The notes below the pieces were generated by a model. The model did no database searches. It saw nothing but the letters and a program-made list of their open reading frames with translations, and was not told the origin of the DNA. A DNA stretch of 64,000 nt from a bacterium (GTDB taxonomy: Bacteria; Patescibacteriota; Minisyncoccia; 2-01-FULL-47-10; JBBIMT01), in the NCBI GenBank assembly GCA_037443185.1, contig JBBIOV010000002.1, positions 32,242 to 96,241 of the forward strand. Reading direction: 5' to 3'. Each line of letters begins with the position of its first letter. Position 1 is the stretch's first letter. Position numbers and translations under genes: made by a program. Shown one piece after another: positions 28,750 to 37,662 of the stretch.

Positions 28750-30567
28750 TCACTTTATACCTATAATCACGAAGTTTAACCTCCTATCGGAAGTTCTGAC
28801 CAAACACCACATATTATCACCAATAATTGGACAATATTTTGCATAAAAGTTTTGCAACGTGCTATTAAAATAAGACTCATAGGAAGTAAGAACAGAGTTA
28901 TTTTTTAATAATTGAAAAGCGCCACCTGATGAATATAAAGAGTAAATATCACTATTGCTAGCACCAATGCCGCTACTATATCTTGCTGCTATTTGTCCAG
29001 AAGAAGTTATACACTGGTCTTGATTACAAACCCATATCTTTCCTTGACCGTTAAAGATCAATTGAGCCGAATTTAATATGTTAACTAAGTTCGTTTCTCT
29101 CCTAGAAGATACTTCTAATTCTCGATAAAATCGCTTTTGATTTATATTATAAGTATTAAGTATTGCAATGTCCTCATAATATCTATAACCATAATAATTA
29201 TAATATTTATTACCCGTAATAAAGTATATCTCTTCATTTACAACATTATTACCTTTTAAAAGCACAGACGGTTGTTTTAAAAAACTGTCAGAAATAGAAC
29301 CTGAATACTGATACACAAATTCGCCTGTTGTTTTATTTAATTTTAATACATAAATTAAATTAGCCGTTCCAGTCTCACCTCCGCCCACCCATCTAGTTTG
29401 AGAAAGGTCTTGTTTGTTAGCCACAAGATAAATATCATCTTTATAGACTGAAACTAAAGCTTGTGGCGAAATAATCGATCCGACAGTCAATTTCCAGTTT
29501 TCGAATTTATCTTGAGTGATATTGTATTTTAAGATACCTCCTGAAGTTCCTCCTAACATTACAAAATACAAATTATCGTTTTCTTTTAAAGTTCTGAATG
29601 AACCTGGCTTTTGTTCAAAAGTAAATGTTTTATAAGGCCAACTCCATTTTTTAGTGCCAGTATCAAAAGCATAAAGCTTTATCTCTCCTCGATTCAAATC
29701 AAATACTGGCAAATAAATCATATTATTATAATATTGAAGATGGTCTTTTATCGCGCTTTGCATTAAAGAACTTTCACTGCTTGGAATTACTGGAGAAAGA
29801 AGATTTCTGTCTGTTACAACATTACCAAGTCCCACAGGTGGATAAGTTTGAGTAGATGAAGGAGGACAGACAACAGTTCTGCCTATCACGCATCCATTTT
29901 GATCTCTTTGATATTCATAATAACATCCCTCAGGTGGCATAACTTCTGGAAAAACAATATTCGGGCAAGTTAAAGGTTTGGAAGACTCTTTAAGAGAACA
30001 ATTATTACCAACATAAACCCAGTATCCTTTATTGTCCTCAAGTGCGGTATTAATACTTACAGTAATATAATTGCTTTTAGAAGGATCGTAATAGTAAATA
30101 GGCGAGATTAAATTACAACGAGGATTGCCAGTTTCACTAATTTGATTCCATGAAAATTGGGAAGAAATCATATTCCATCCTGAAGTCAGATTTAAAAGGG
30201 AATACGATCTTTTTCCAGTTATTGTTGCATTACAATCATCTTCGCTAAAAACCCAGTATCCTTTCATTGGAGAAAGAGTAGTAGGTTGAATGTAGGTGTT
30301 GCTGGAAGGGCTAAACTCCCATATTGCGCCTATGGAACAACCCTTTATATCTGATAAAACAGGAGTTCTTGGTTGGCTGCTTAAGTTCTCTTGCGTCTGA
30401 TCCACAGGTATTGAAATCATATTCCAGCCTGTTTTTAAAGGAATAGAAAAAGTTGAAATACCAGGCGGTGGAGGAACATTCTGACTAAATGTGATTTTGC
30501 TAATTAAAAAAAGGAAAATAAATAAAGACAATATAAAGGATATTTTGGTTTTTGAATTTTGTATCAT
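28750..30567 (-). CDS. Large secreted protein with duplicated N-terminal module and a C-terminal beta-propeller-like region
   Basis: Signal peptide (MIQNSKTKISFILSLFIFLFLISKITFSQ). Internal repeat TGWNMIS...KGYWV..(D/N)C seen twice. C-terminal half has Kelch/propeller-like periodicity (NLYFV..GG, DIYLV, LIYVL, EIYFI). No family assignable. Confidence 0.5.
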   Translation of the reverse strand: MIQNSKTKISFILSLFIFLFLISKITFSQNVPPPPGISTFSIPLKTGWNMISIPVDQTQENLSSQPRTPVLSDIKGCSIGAIWEFSPSSNTYIQPTTLSPMKGYWVFSEDDCNATITGKRSYSLLNLTSGWNMISSQFSWNQISETGNPRCNLISPIYYYDPSKSNYITVSINTALEDNKGYWVYVGNNCSLKESSKPLTCPNIVFPEVMPPEGCYYEYQRDQNGCVIGRTVVCPPSSTQTYPPVGLGNVVTDRNLLSPVIPSSESSLMQSAIKDHLQYYNNMIYLPVFDLNRGEIKLYAFDTGTKKWSWPYKTFTFEQKPGSFRTLKENDNLYFVMLGGTSGGILKYNITQDKFENWKLTVGSIISPQALVSVYKDDIYLVANKQDLSQTRWVGGGETGTANLIYVLKLNKTTGEFVYQYSGSISDSFLKQPSVLLKGNNVVNEEIYFITGNKYYNYYGYRYYEDIAILNTYNINQKRFYRELEVSSRRETNLVNILNSAQLIFNGQGKIWVCNQDQCITSSGQIAARYSSGIGASNSDIYSLYSSGGAFQLLKNNSVLTSYESYFNSTLQNFYAKYCPIIGDNMWCLVRTSDRRLNFVIIGIK

Positions 30568-30770
30568 ATTTTTAAAACTAGTCCTTTCCCGTCAATAGAA
30601 AAAAGAGCTAGTTTTTATAAAAAATTATTTATAGAAATATAAAGTTACAAATGATGTTTTAATTTTACTTAAATTATACACCTTTTTAAATTTCACCGCA
30701 ATATTTAATTTGACTATTAAATTATTTTGCTTTTATTTTTTTCTCTTTAAAAAAAATGTTAGTTATTTTT

Positions 30771-31265
30771 TTATTTTAAAATCCCAATACTTTTTAATTT
30801 TTCATATCTTTGCTTTCGTTGATTGTTATTTTCAATACAATCAACTACCGGACCGTCTCCCACTCCTATGATAGCGCGAGATTTTGCAGCTTCAGCAATA
30901 AAGACAACTAATGGATCATTCCCTGTGGCTACAAAAATTTGACACACTGTCGGAATATTTTTAATAGCAGGCAAAATTTGCACTGGAAAGGCGCCACTAA
31001 AAAATATAAAAAAAGCATGTCCCGCGCCAACCTTTAAAGCTGTATCAATAGCCAGTTTTTTTAACGCTTCATCATTACCTTCCGCTCTGACTATTTTATC
31101 GGATGCTTCGTTCATTGCCAAACCGAATTTAATTTTAGGCGTCGCTTTTAAAATCGCCTCTGCTAAATCTCCAGTAGTTTTTAAAGAAAAATTCCCTAGG
31201 CCAATTATTGATTCAATGCCGACTTTTTTTTTAATTAAATAAAATGTAAATTTAACATTATCCAT
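30771..31265 (-). CDS. Hypothetical small alpha/beta protein (164 aa)
   Basis: ORF. GAGHAFFIFFSGAFPVQILPAIKNIP reminds me of the small archaeal/bacterial 'adenosine-specific kinase' (PF04008) family, but I cannot verify this. 14 nt from the next gene, so probably co-transcribed. Confidence 0.35.
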   Translation of the reverse strand: MDNVKFTFYLIKKKVGIESIIGLGNFSLKTTGDLAEAILKATPKIKFGLAMNEASDKIVRAEGNDEALKKLAIDTALKVGAGHAFFIFFSGAFPVQILPAIKNIPTVCQIFVATGNDPLVVFIAEAAKSRAIIGVGDGPVVDCIENNNQRKQRYEKLKSIGILK

Positions 31266-31278
31266 AAATACTCCCTAA

Positions 31279-31878
31279 TTATCTATAGTATACATAATAT
31301 GTTCCTCTATCATGCGGAATAATTCTTTGAAGGCGCTTCCCAACAGGGAGAGCGGATACTTTGGACCACTTATTATTACGCCAATGATATACTTTGTTAC
31401 TTTTATCAACAAAATAATAATAGAATTCACTTTTAATATTTTGAGCACAATAATATTTAACTAAACAGCCTCTCTTGTTATAGACAGGTCTTTTTATTAA
31501 ATTACCTGAGCAAGTTATAGGTTGAGGGGTAGGACAAGTAGATGATGAATTGCTAAATGTTTCATCTTTCTCTAAGCAATAATAAGAACGTACACATCCT
31601 GTTTTTTTGTCATAAACAGCAAACGGTTCTTTACCATCTTTACAAGAAGGTTTAAAAACAGAAGGACAAGTAGAGCAATATCTATCAACCAAACTTCGCG
31701 CTCGCGCCACTTCTGAAGCGCTGCCATTTTTTGAAATTATATTATAAAGCTCCTTATAATATTGACACTGATAATTCACTTGCGCTGTATCGGCAAATGA
31801 AAATTTTGGATGAGAAAAAAATAAAAAAATAAAATAAAATATGAAACTAAACTTCAAAAAAAAGAATATTTTTTTCAT
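31279..31878 (-). CDS. Secreted Cys-rich protein with an internal tandem repeat
   Basis: Signal peptide. About 14 Cys. Repeat K(T/R)GC(V/L)..YYC seen twice. Confidence 0.5.
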   Translation of the reverse strand: MKKIFFFLKFSFIFYFIFLFFSHPKFSFADTAQVNYQCQYYKELYNIISKNGSASEVARARSLVDRYCSTCPSVFKPSCKDGKEPFAVYDKKTGCVRSYYCLEKDETFSNSSSTCPTPQPITCSGNLIKRPVYNKRGCLVKYYCAQNIKSEFYYYFVDKSNKVYHWRNNKWSKVSALPVGKRLQRIIPHDRGTYYVYYR

Positions 31879-32039
31879 AAGATTTTTTTTATTATTATTT
31901 TAATTATTAAAAGTGATTTACAATTTACTTTGATTATATATAATTTTACTTCTTTTTCATTTTAAAATCAAGTTTTTTACTAGATGCAATGTTGGATGTA
32001 CGATATCGCCGTTTGAAACCGGACATCGATAAGTCATAG

Positions 32040-34322
32040 TTATAATGTTAGACTATCCCCTTCTTTTAACTCCCCTGAGATTATCTTTTGCGCAATGATT
32101 GGTTCAACTTCGCTTTTTATCACTCTTTTTATTTCCCGCGCTCCCCACTCCGGCGAAAATCCTTTTTGAGCTAAATTTATAATAAAACTTTCTTTAAAAT
32201 TAATATTTATATTTCTATCTTCTTTTATTTTTTGGGCAAAATTTTTTAAAATCATCTTCGTTAAATTAATTATATCTTCTTGATTTAATGGCTTAAAAGC
32301 AATTACCGAATCAAAACGGTTCAAAAATTCTGGAGCAAAAATTTCTTTCTTTAAAAGATATTCTTTTAATTTAAAATAAAAAGAATCAAAAGCAAGCTGA
32401 CTAATATTTTCTCGGATAAATTCCGATGCGGCGTTGGAGGTGGCAATGATGATGTAATTATTGAAAAATATTTTCTCGCCTGCACTGTCTTTTAAATACC
32501 CTTCGTCCAACATCTGAAGCAGGGCGTTTTTAACATTTAAATGGGCTTTTTCGATTTCATCGAGCAAAAGCACTCCTTGAGCGTTTTTTTTGATATAAGC
32601 GATAAAAGAATTAGCGCCTTCTTCTTTGTTTATCAGTCTTAATATCGCGCCAGCGTCTGAATATTCATTCATATCAAGACGCACCAAAAAATCTTCTGAC
32701 TCAAAAAACACTTTGGCGATTACTTTGGCGGAAGTTGTCTTGCCAACGCCAGTAGGGCCTAAAAACAAAAAAGAAGCAATCGGTCTTTTTGCCTCCGAAA
32801 GCCCCAACCGCGCGCTTTTTAAAGCGGCAGATATCTTTTCAATGGCTTCTTCTTGATCCACCATTTCTTTATGAAATAAATCTTTGATGTTTAATAATTT
32901 TTGTTTTTCTTCATATTTTAATTGCCCCAAAGATATATTAAAACGGAAGGAGAAAAATTCTTCAATTTCTTTCTCACCAATTGTTAAATTGCTAACACAA
33001 TAAGATACCGCCTCGTTTAAATAATTAATTGATCTTTGAGGTTCATTTAAATAAGGATCAAATTTTTCCGCCAGTATCAAAATTTTCTTCAGTCCTAAAA
33101 TTGAAATTTTTATTTTTCTGTCCCAAGCAAAATCCATTAAAACAGATAGTACTTCTTCTTTTTTAGGCGGTCGAATAAAAATTTTATCGACTTTTGATGA
33201 AAAATCTTTGTTTTTTGACAAGATCTCTTCAAATTTCTCTAAATCAGCGGAAGCCACCGCCACGAAATTTTTTATTCCAATAAATTCATTTAAAACTTCA
33301 ATAATTTCAGGAGTTTTATCAAGAGCTGTAATAAATAAAAAAATATTGCCAGCTAAGATAGCTTCTTCTAAAACTTTATTGGCAACTTTTTTGATAAGAT
33401 TTTCCTCCGCAAATTTTGCCTTGAAATATTCATTTTGAAATTCTAAAACTCTCCTATAATTTAAATACTTACTTAACTTTCCTGTTTGAATGCTTTTAGC
33501 TAAAGTTAAAATAGTGCCCCGGCGGCCACTTCCTACCTGACCAAGCAAAACAGGCAGCCTCCCATTGTGAATAGCCACTACTATTTGTTGGATAAGTTCT
33601 TGATGTAAAATTTCGTGCCAATTTTGTGTGTCTTTTTTTGAGACTTCTTTTGTAAAATTATCAAGCAGTGGCGTATACCCAGCACTCCAACTTAAACCTA
33701 TCGGACTTAATGAAAAAAGGTCAATCTTTTGATATTTTTTTTCCCTATCAAGCCAATTAATAATAAGCTCTACATCGCGAAGTGATATTTTGGCTTGATT
33801 CAAAATATTTAAAAAATCACTACTTCGCTTAATAATTAAAAATAAAACATCCATCGGTCCTATAATTTTTTTTTGTGATACTAAAGCACATTCATTGAAA
33901 AAATTATATAACTCTTGAGCACTGAGCGTTTCTTGAGGAAGAGCTAATTGATTTTTAATAATACTTGTATTTAAATCAATTTTTTCAAAAAAAACTTTCA
34001 CCTCGTGATTATTGAGCAAATTTTCGTAAATTTCAGATATAGAAAAAGTTCTACAACTGGCCAAAGATTGCGCCAACGAAAAATCAATCTGAAACTGTCC
34101 ATTTTTTGTTTTAGAAAAACGCCTGCTATAAAAATATATTTCCAAAACAAATAAAATGATAAAAAAAACAAGAGATAATTTGTAAAATTTATTTTGCAAG
34201 ATAAATAAGATTACTGAAATTAAATACAACACAAAGACAAAAAAAATCCTTAAAAAAGAGGGAATTTTTTTATCTAATTTAGCTTGCAAAAATTGAGGAT
34301 AATTTAATAAAAAGTCAGGCAT
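32040..34322 (-). CDS. Membrane-anchored Clp/Hsp100-family AAA+ ATPase with degenerate first nucleotide-binding domain
   Basis: 760 aa. Two N-terminal TM helices. D1-like region with Walker A degraded to LLGQVGSGRRGT. Intact D2: FLFLGPTGVGKTT (Walker A), VLLLDEIEKAH (Walker B), IIATSN (sensor 1), and a C-terminal ClpB/ClpC-like small domain (GAREIKR). Confidence 0.7.
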   Translation of the reverse strand: MPDFLLNYPQFLQAKLDKKIPSFLRIFFVFVLYLISVILFILQNKFYKLSLVFFIILFVLEIYFYSRRFSKTKNGQFQIDFSLAQSLASCRTFSISEIYENLLNNHEVKVFFEKIDLNTSIIKNQLALPQETLSAQELYNFFNECALVSQKKIIGPMDVLFLIIKRSSDFLNILNQAKISLRDVELIINWLDREKKYQKIDLFSLSPIGLSWSAGYTPLLDNFTKEVSKKDTQNWHEILHQELIQQIVVAIHNGRLPVLLGQVGSGRRGTILTLAKSIQTGKLSKYLNYRRVLEFQNEYFKAKFAEENLIKKVANKVLEEAILAGNIFLFITALDKTPEIIEVLNEFIGIKNFVAVASADLEKFEEILSKNKDFSSKVDKIFIRPPKKEEVLSVLMDFAWDRKIKISILGLKKILILAEKFDPYLNEPQRSINYLNEAVSYCVSNLTIGEKEIEEFFSFRFNISLGQLKYEEKQKLLNIKDLFHKEMVDQEEAIEKISAALKSARLGLSEAKRPIASFLFLGPTGVGKTTSAKVIAKVFFESEDFLVRLDMNEYSDAGAILRLINKEEGANSFIAYIKKNAQGVLLLDEIEKAHLNVKNALLQMLDEGYLKDSAGEKIFFNNYIIIATSNAASEFIRENISQLAFDSFYFKLKEYLLKKEIFAPEFLNRFDSVIAFKPLNQEDIINLTKMILKNFAQKIKEDRNININFKESFIINLAQKGFSPEWGAREIKRVIKSEVEPIIAQKIISGELKEGDSLTL

Positions 34323-34360
34323 ACTATCCTGATAAAAATATTGCTAAAAAATAGAAATTG

Positions 34361-34723
34361 TTAAATAAAAAATAACGAAACCAAAAAATAAATAACTAAA
34401 ATAGGCAAGCAAAACCACAATAAAATTGCCCCCAGCCCTAAAAATAAAGCTAACAAAAAAAGTAAAAGTGTCCAAACAATTATTATAAGCCTCAAAAAAA
34501 ATCCCACAATCCTAGAAGTGCCATTTAGCGCTAAAGTGTAAAAGAAAACACTAGCTTGAAAACCTCTGCCATAAGAAATGCTTATGTGTTTCCATGGCAA
34601 AAACAAATGTCGTAGGTGAATAAAAAATCCAAAAAAATATAAAATAAATTTTAAAATTTTAATAAAAAAATCAACTAAAAATTTAGGCGCATCTTGAAAA
34701 TACCAAAAGAAAAAATTCCTCAT
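34361..34723 (-). CDS. Hypothetical small polytopic membrane protein (120 aa)
   Basis: ORF with 3-4 hydrophobic helices. No motifs. Confidence 0.4.
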   Translation of the reverse strand: MRNFFFWYFQDAPKFLVDFFIKILKFILYFFGFFIHLRHLFLPWKHISISYGRGFQASVFFYTLALNGTSRIVGFFLRLIIIVWTLLLFLLALFLGLGAILLWFCLPILVIYFLVSLFFI

Positions 34724-34939
34724 ACAAAAATTAAACTACAAATTTATAAATAATTTAAAAGTCTAATAATTTAACAACAACAATTAGTTATTTATTGATT
34801 TTAAAAATTTTTTCTTTTTTGACTTATTAAAATTATACAACAAAAAAAATTTTTAGGGTATAATATAATTACTATCAAGGTTGAACTTTAACTTAATTTT
34901 AAAATTGAAATCGTCTAAAATTTTTTAATTAAAAATTTT

Positions 34940-36334
34940 ATGCTCAATACCAATATTTTTAAAACTTATGATGTGAGGGGTATTTATCCGCAAGAAATAA
35001 ATGAAGAAACTGTATATTTAATTTCGCGAGCTTTTGTTAAATGGTTAAAAAGTATATCCCCTGCTGAAAATTTTACAATCGCCGTAGGTTATGATATGCG
35101 GCTATCCTCTGAGGCTCTTTTTAAGTCTGTTTTAAATGGTTTAAATCAAGAAAATGCTAAAATTTTGTCAGTTGGATTTGCCCCCACCCCACTTGTTGGA
35201 TTTACAGTAGCTCAACAAAAATGCGATGCTGGGATTGTAATATCAGCGTCGCATAATCCATCGGAATACAATGCCCTAAAATTATTAAAAAAAGAAGTAG
35301 GCGGAATAATGCAAATAGGCAAAACTCAAGGTTTAATAGGAATTCAAAAAATCACTGCAAAATTAGATACTTGCAATGGAACCCCAGTTGACATCACTCA
35401 ATTTGCGGAACATACTGAAGAATTTAAAAAAAATTATATCAAATATATTGCTTCTAAATTTAAACTCCAAAAAGCAATAAAAATTGTTTGTGATTACGGC
35501 AATGGAATGGGCGGCGTTTTAATGCCAAAAATTTTAGAAATATTTAAAAATGTAAATGCTACCCATCTTTTTTCTAAGCCTGACGGATCTTTTCCAAATC
35601 ATGAACCAAATCCTCATAACAAAGAAAATTTTAATATTTTGAAAGAAAAAGTAAAAAAAAATAATGCTGATATTGGACTATTTTTTGACGGTGATTGTGA
35701 TCGGGTTTTTTTTGTTGACGAAAATGGTGAAATAATTGGGGCTGATTTAATTATCGCTTTACTAGCTGAATATGAATTAGAGAAAAATCCTACTGAAAAA
35801 AAAGTTTATTATGATCTCCGCGCCAGCCGTATTTTAAAAGAAATTTTAGAAAAAAAAGGAGCAGAAGCTATTAAAATGCCTACCGGCAATCCTTTAATAA
35901 AGGAAAAATTAATTTTTAATGGCGGTCTTTTAGGAGGAGAAATTTCAGGCCATATAATGTTTAAGGATCACTTTTGTTTAGATGATGGATTTTATGCAGC
36001 GTTTAAAGTATTGGAAATTATAGATAAAAAAAATAAACTATTATCCGAGCTTATAAAGCCTTATCAAAAATATTTCAAAATTCACGAAATTAATATTCCT
36101 TTAAAAGAAAATCCTGAAAAAATTTTAAAAATATTGGCCCAAAAATTTAAATCTTTATATCCTCAAGCAAAATTTGAATATTTAGACGGAATCACTATTG
36201 AATTTCCTGATTGGTGGGGCAATATTCGTGCTTCAAACACTGAAAATTTACTTCGTCTGAATATTGAAGCTTCTTCAGAAGAACTATTGCATAAAACCTC
36301 TAACGAAATGCTCTCTATTATAAAAGCAGTTTGA
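34940..36334 (+). CDS. Phosphoglucomutase/phosphomannomutase family enzyme
   Basis: SASHNPSEYNALK (phospho-Ser loop), FDGDCDR (metal-binding loop), GEISGH sugar-binding loop. 464 aa. Confidence 0.9.
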   Translation: MLNTNIFKTYDVRGIYPQEINEETVYLISRAFVKWLKSISPAENFTIAVGYDMRLSSEALFKSVLNGLNQENAKILSVGFAPTPLVGFTVAQQKCDAGIVISASHNPSEYNALKLLKKEVGGIMQIGKTQGLIGIQKITAKLDTCNGTPVDITQFAEHTEEFKKNYIKYIASKFKLQKAIKIVCDYGNGMGGVLMPKILEIFKNVNATHLFSKPDGSFPNHEPNPHNKENFNILKEKVKKNNADIGLFFDGDCDRVFFVDENGEIIGADLIIALLAEYELEKNPTEKKVYYDLRASRILKEILEKKGAEAIKMPTGNPLIKEKLIFNGGLLGGEISGHIMFKDHFCLDDGFYAAFKVLEIIDKKNKLLSELIKPYQKYFKIHEINIPLKENPEKILKILAQKFKSLYPQAKFEYLDGITIEFPDWWGNIRASNTENLLRLNIEASSEELLHKTSNEMLSIIKAV

Positions 36335-36664
36335 GTCCTTTTTAAACATTGAATCTTTTTTAAACTTTTTATAATATATTTTTTAATTTTATCTTTAGCG
36401 CTTTTATAGATATTTTATTATTGACATATAAAAGTCAGTTATAAACTTAAAAGTTTTTTTTGGTGTCTTTAAGACAATTTTTCACTCAAAAATATTTTTT
36501 AAAGAAAAATTTAAAAAACGTTTTTCAAAAATATTAACAGATAAAATTTTTTTTAATAAAAAATCTTAAAAATCTTTTGCCTTGAAAAAAATAAAGAAAT
36601 CTGAAAGTTAAAAAAATTTTTAAAATAAAAGGACAAGCTTTAAAATAAATTTTTAAGGATGCCT

Positions 36665-36736
36665 TGGACTGTGCAGGAATTGAACCTGCAACCTCTCGTG
36701 TGTGAAACGAGTGTTCTGCCATTGAACTAACAGTCC
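36665..36736 (-). tRNA. tRNA-Val (anticodon CAC)
   Basis: Hand-folded from the reverse complement. Acceptor GGACTGT/ACAGTCC, D-arm GTTC-AATGGCA-GAAC, anticodon stem CTCGT/ACGAG with loop TTCACAC, T-arm GCAGG-TTCAATT-CCTGC, discriminator A. CCA not encoded. Confidence 0.85.
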
Positions 36737-36764
36737 TTTTAAACTGGGCAATTAAGACTTTTTC

Positions 36765-37547
36765 TTAAAGCTCAAATTTGAGTTCGTTAATTAATGTGCG
36801 GTGGGCGTTTTTAAAAACATTACGAATAAATCTATCGTAAATATTATAGCGGTAAGTAAATTCCGAAGTATCCATAAATGTGTAATTTAATGGCTTGCCT
36901 ACTTCAGCCTCTAATTTTTTCATAAATTCTTCAAACTTCCCTCTATCCAAATCATCGACCACTAAAAAAAAGTCTACCGGGCAATTCGAAGCATTCAAAA
37001 ACGCACCAGAAATAACTGCTAACCTCACTCTACCAAAATTTTTTAATTCGCTGACTACCTCTTTTTCAGAAATAGGATTAGTTTTTAAAACTAATGTGCT
37101 TAATTCCTTGTAAAGAGGAAAAAATCGGTTTACAATAAAAAGCCGTCCTTCAGGCTCATCTTCTGTTTTTTCAAGCTTTTGATTTTTGATATGATCTGGA
37201 CTTAAAGGTAAAGCAGTTGGTACTTCTGGTAAAATTTTTAAGCTATCTGAACTTGAATTTTGGGTTATAGTTTCTTCTTGGTTTTGCATTTTATTATCAC
37301 TGGTTTCTTTTTTTTCTTCTTTTTTGTCTTTATTTCTTGAGTCATCTTGAATTTTTACAAGTCCTATCCGATATAAATCTTTCATATAGCTGTGCGTTGT
37401 GTTATAATTGGACTGAATACGCCTTGCAATTTCACCAATTCTAAAAGCTTCTTGAGGATGATGAAAAAGAAATTTTAAAAGACGAGCCTTCACTTTAGAA
37501 CCAAATAATTCACCTAAGATATCAATAGTGGTAAGATTGTTATTCAT
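36765..37547 (-). CDS. Putative transcriptional regulator with N-terminal winged-helix domain
   Basis: N-terminal ~70 aa look like a wHTH (FRIGEIARRIQ...SYMKDLYRIGLVK). Low-complexity K/E-rich linker. C-terminal alpha/beta domain of unknown function. Confidence 0.45.
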   Translation of the reverse strand: MNNNLTTIDILGELFGSKVKARLLKFLFHHPQEAFRIGEIARRIQSNYNTTHSYMKDLYRIGLVKIQDDSRNKDKKEEKKETSDNKMQNQEETITQNSSSDSLKILPEVPTALPLSPDHIKNQKLEKTEDEPEGRLFIVNRFFPLYKELSTLVLKTNPISEKEVVSELKNFGRVRLAVISGAFLNASNCPVDFFLVVDDLDRGKFEEFMKKLEAEVGKPLNYTFMDTSEFTYRYNIYDRFIRNVFKNAHRTLINELKFEL

Positions 37548-37662
37548 AACTTAAAATAAATAATACTTATTCAAACTTAAAAAATCATAATATTTTGCAA
37601 CTAATAAAAGTTTTACGTCTTTGTGGTAAAATTCATTTTTATCTTAACTGAAAAATTTAAAA

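Noticed and set aside
28250-28750. Interpretation of the DnaA-box cluster as the chromosomal origin (oriC)
   Set aside because: Not rejected as a regulatory site, but I do not call it oriC. Genes on both sides are on the same (minus) strand with no orientation switch, no dnaA/dnaN is nearby, and the same sequence reads as GTGG-type repeats compatible with an MraZ operator.
36534-36722. 62-aa minus-strand ORF
   Set aside because: Its 5' end is the tRNA-Val gene itself. No coding signal.
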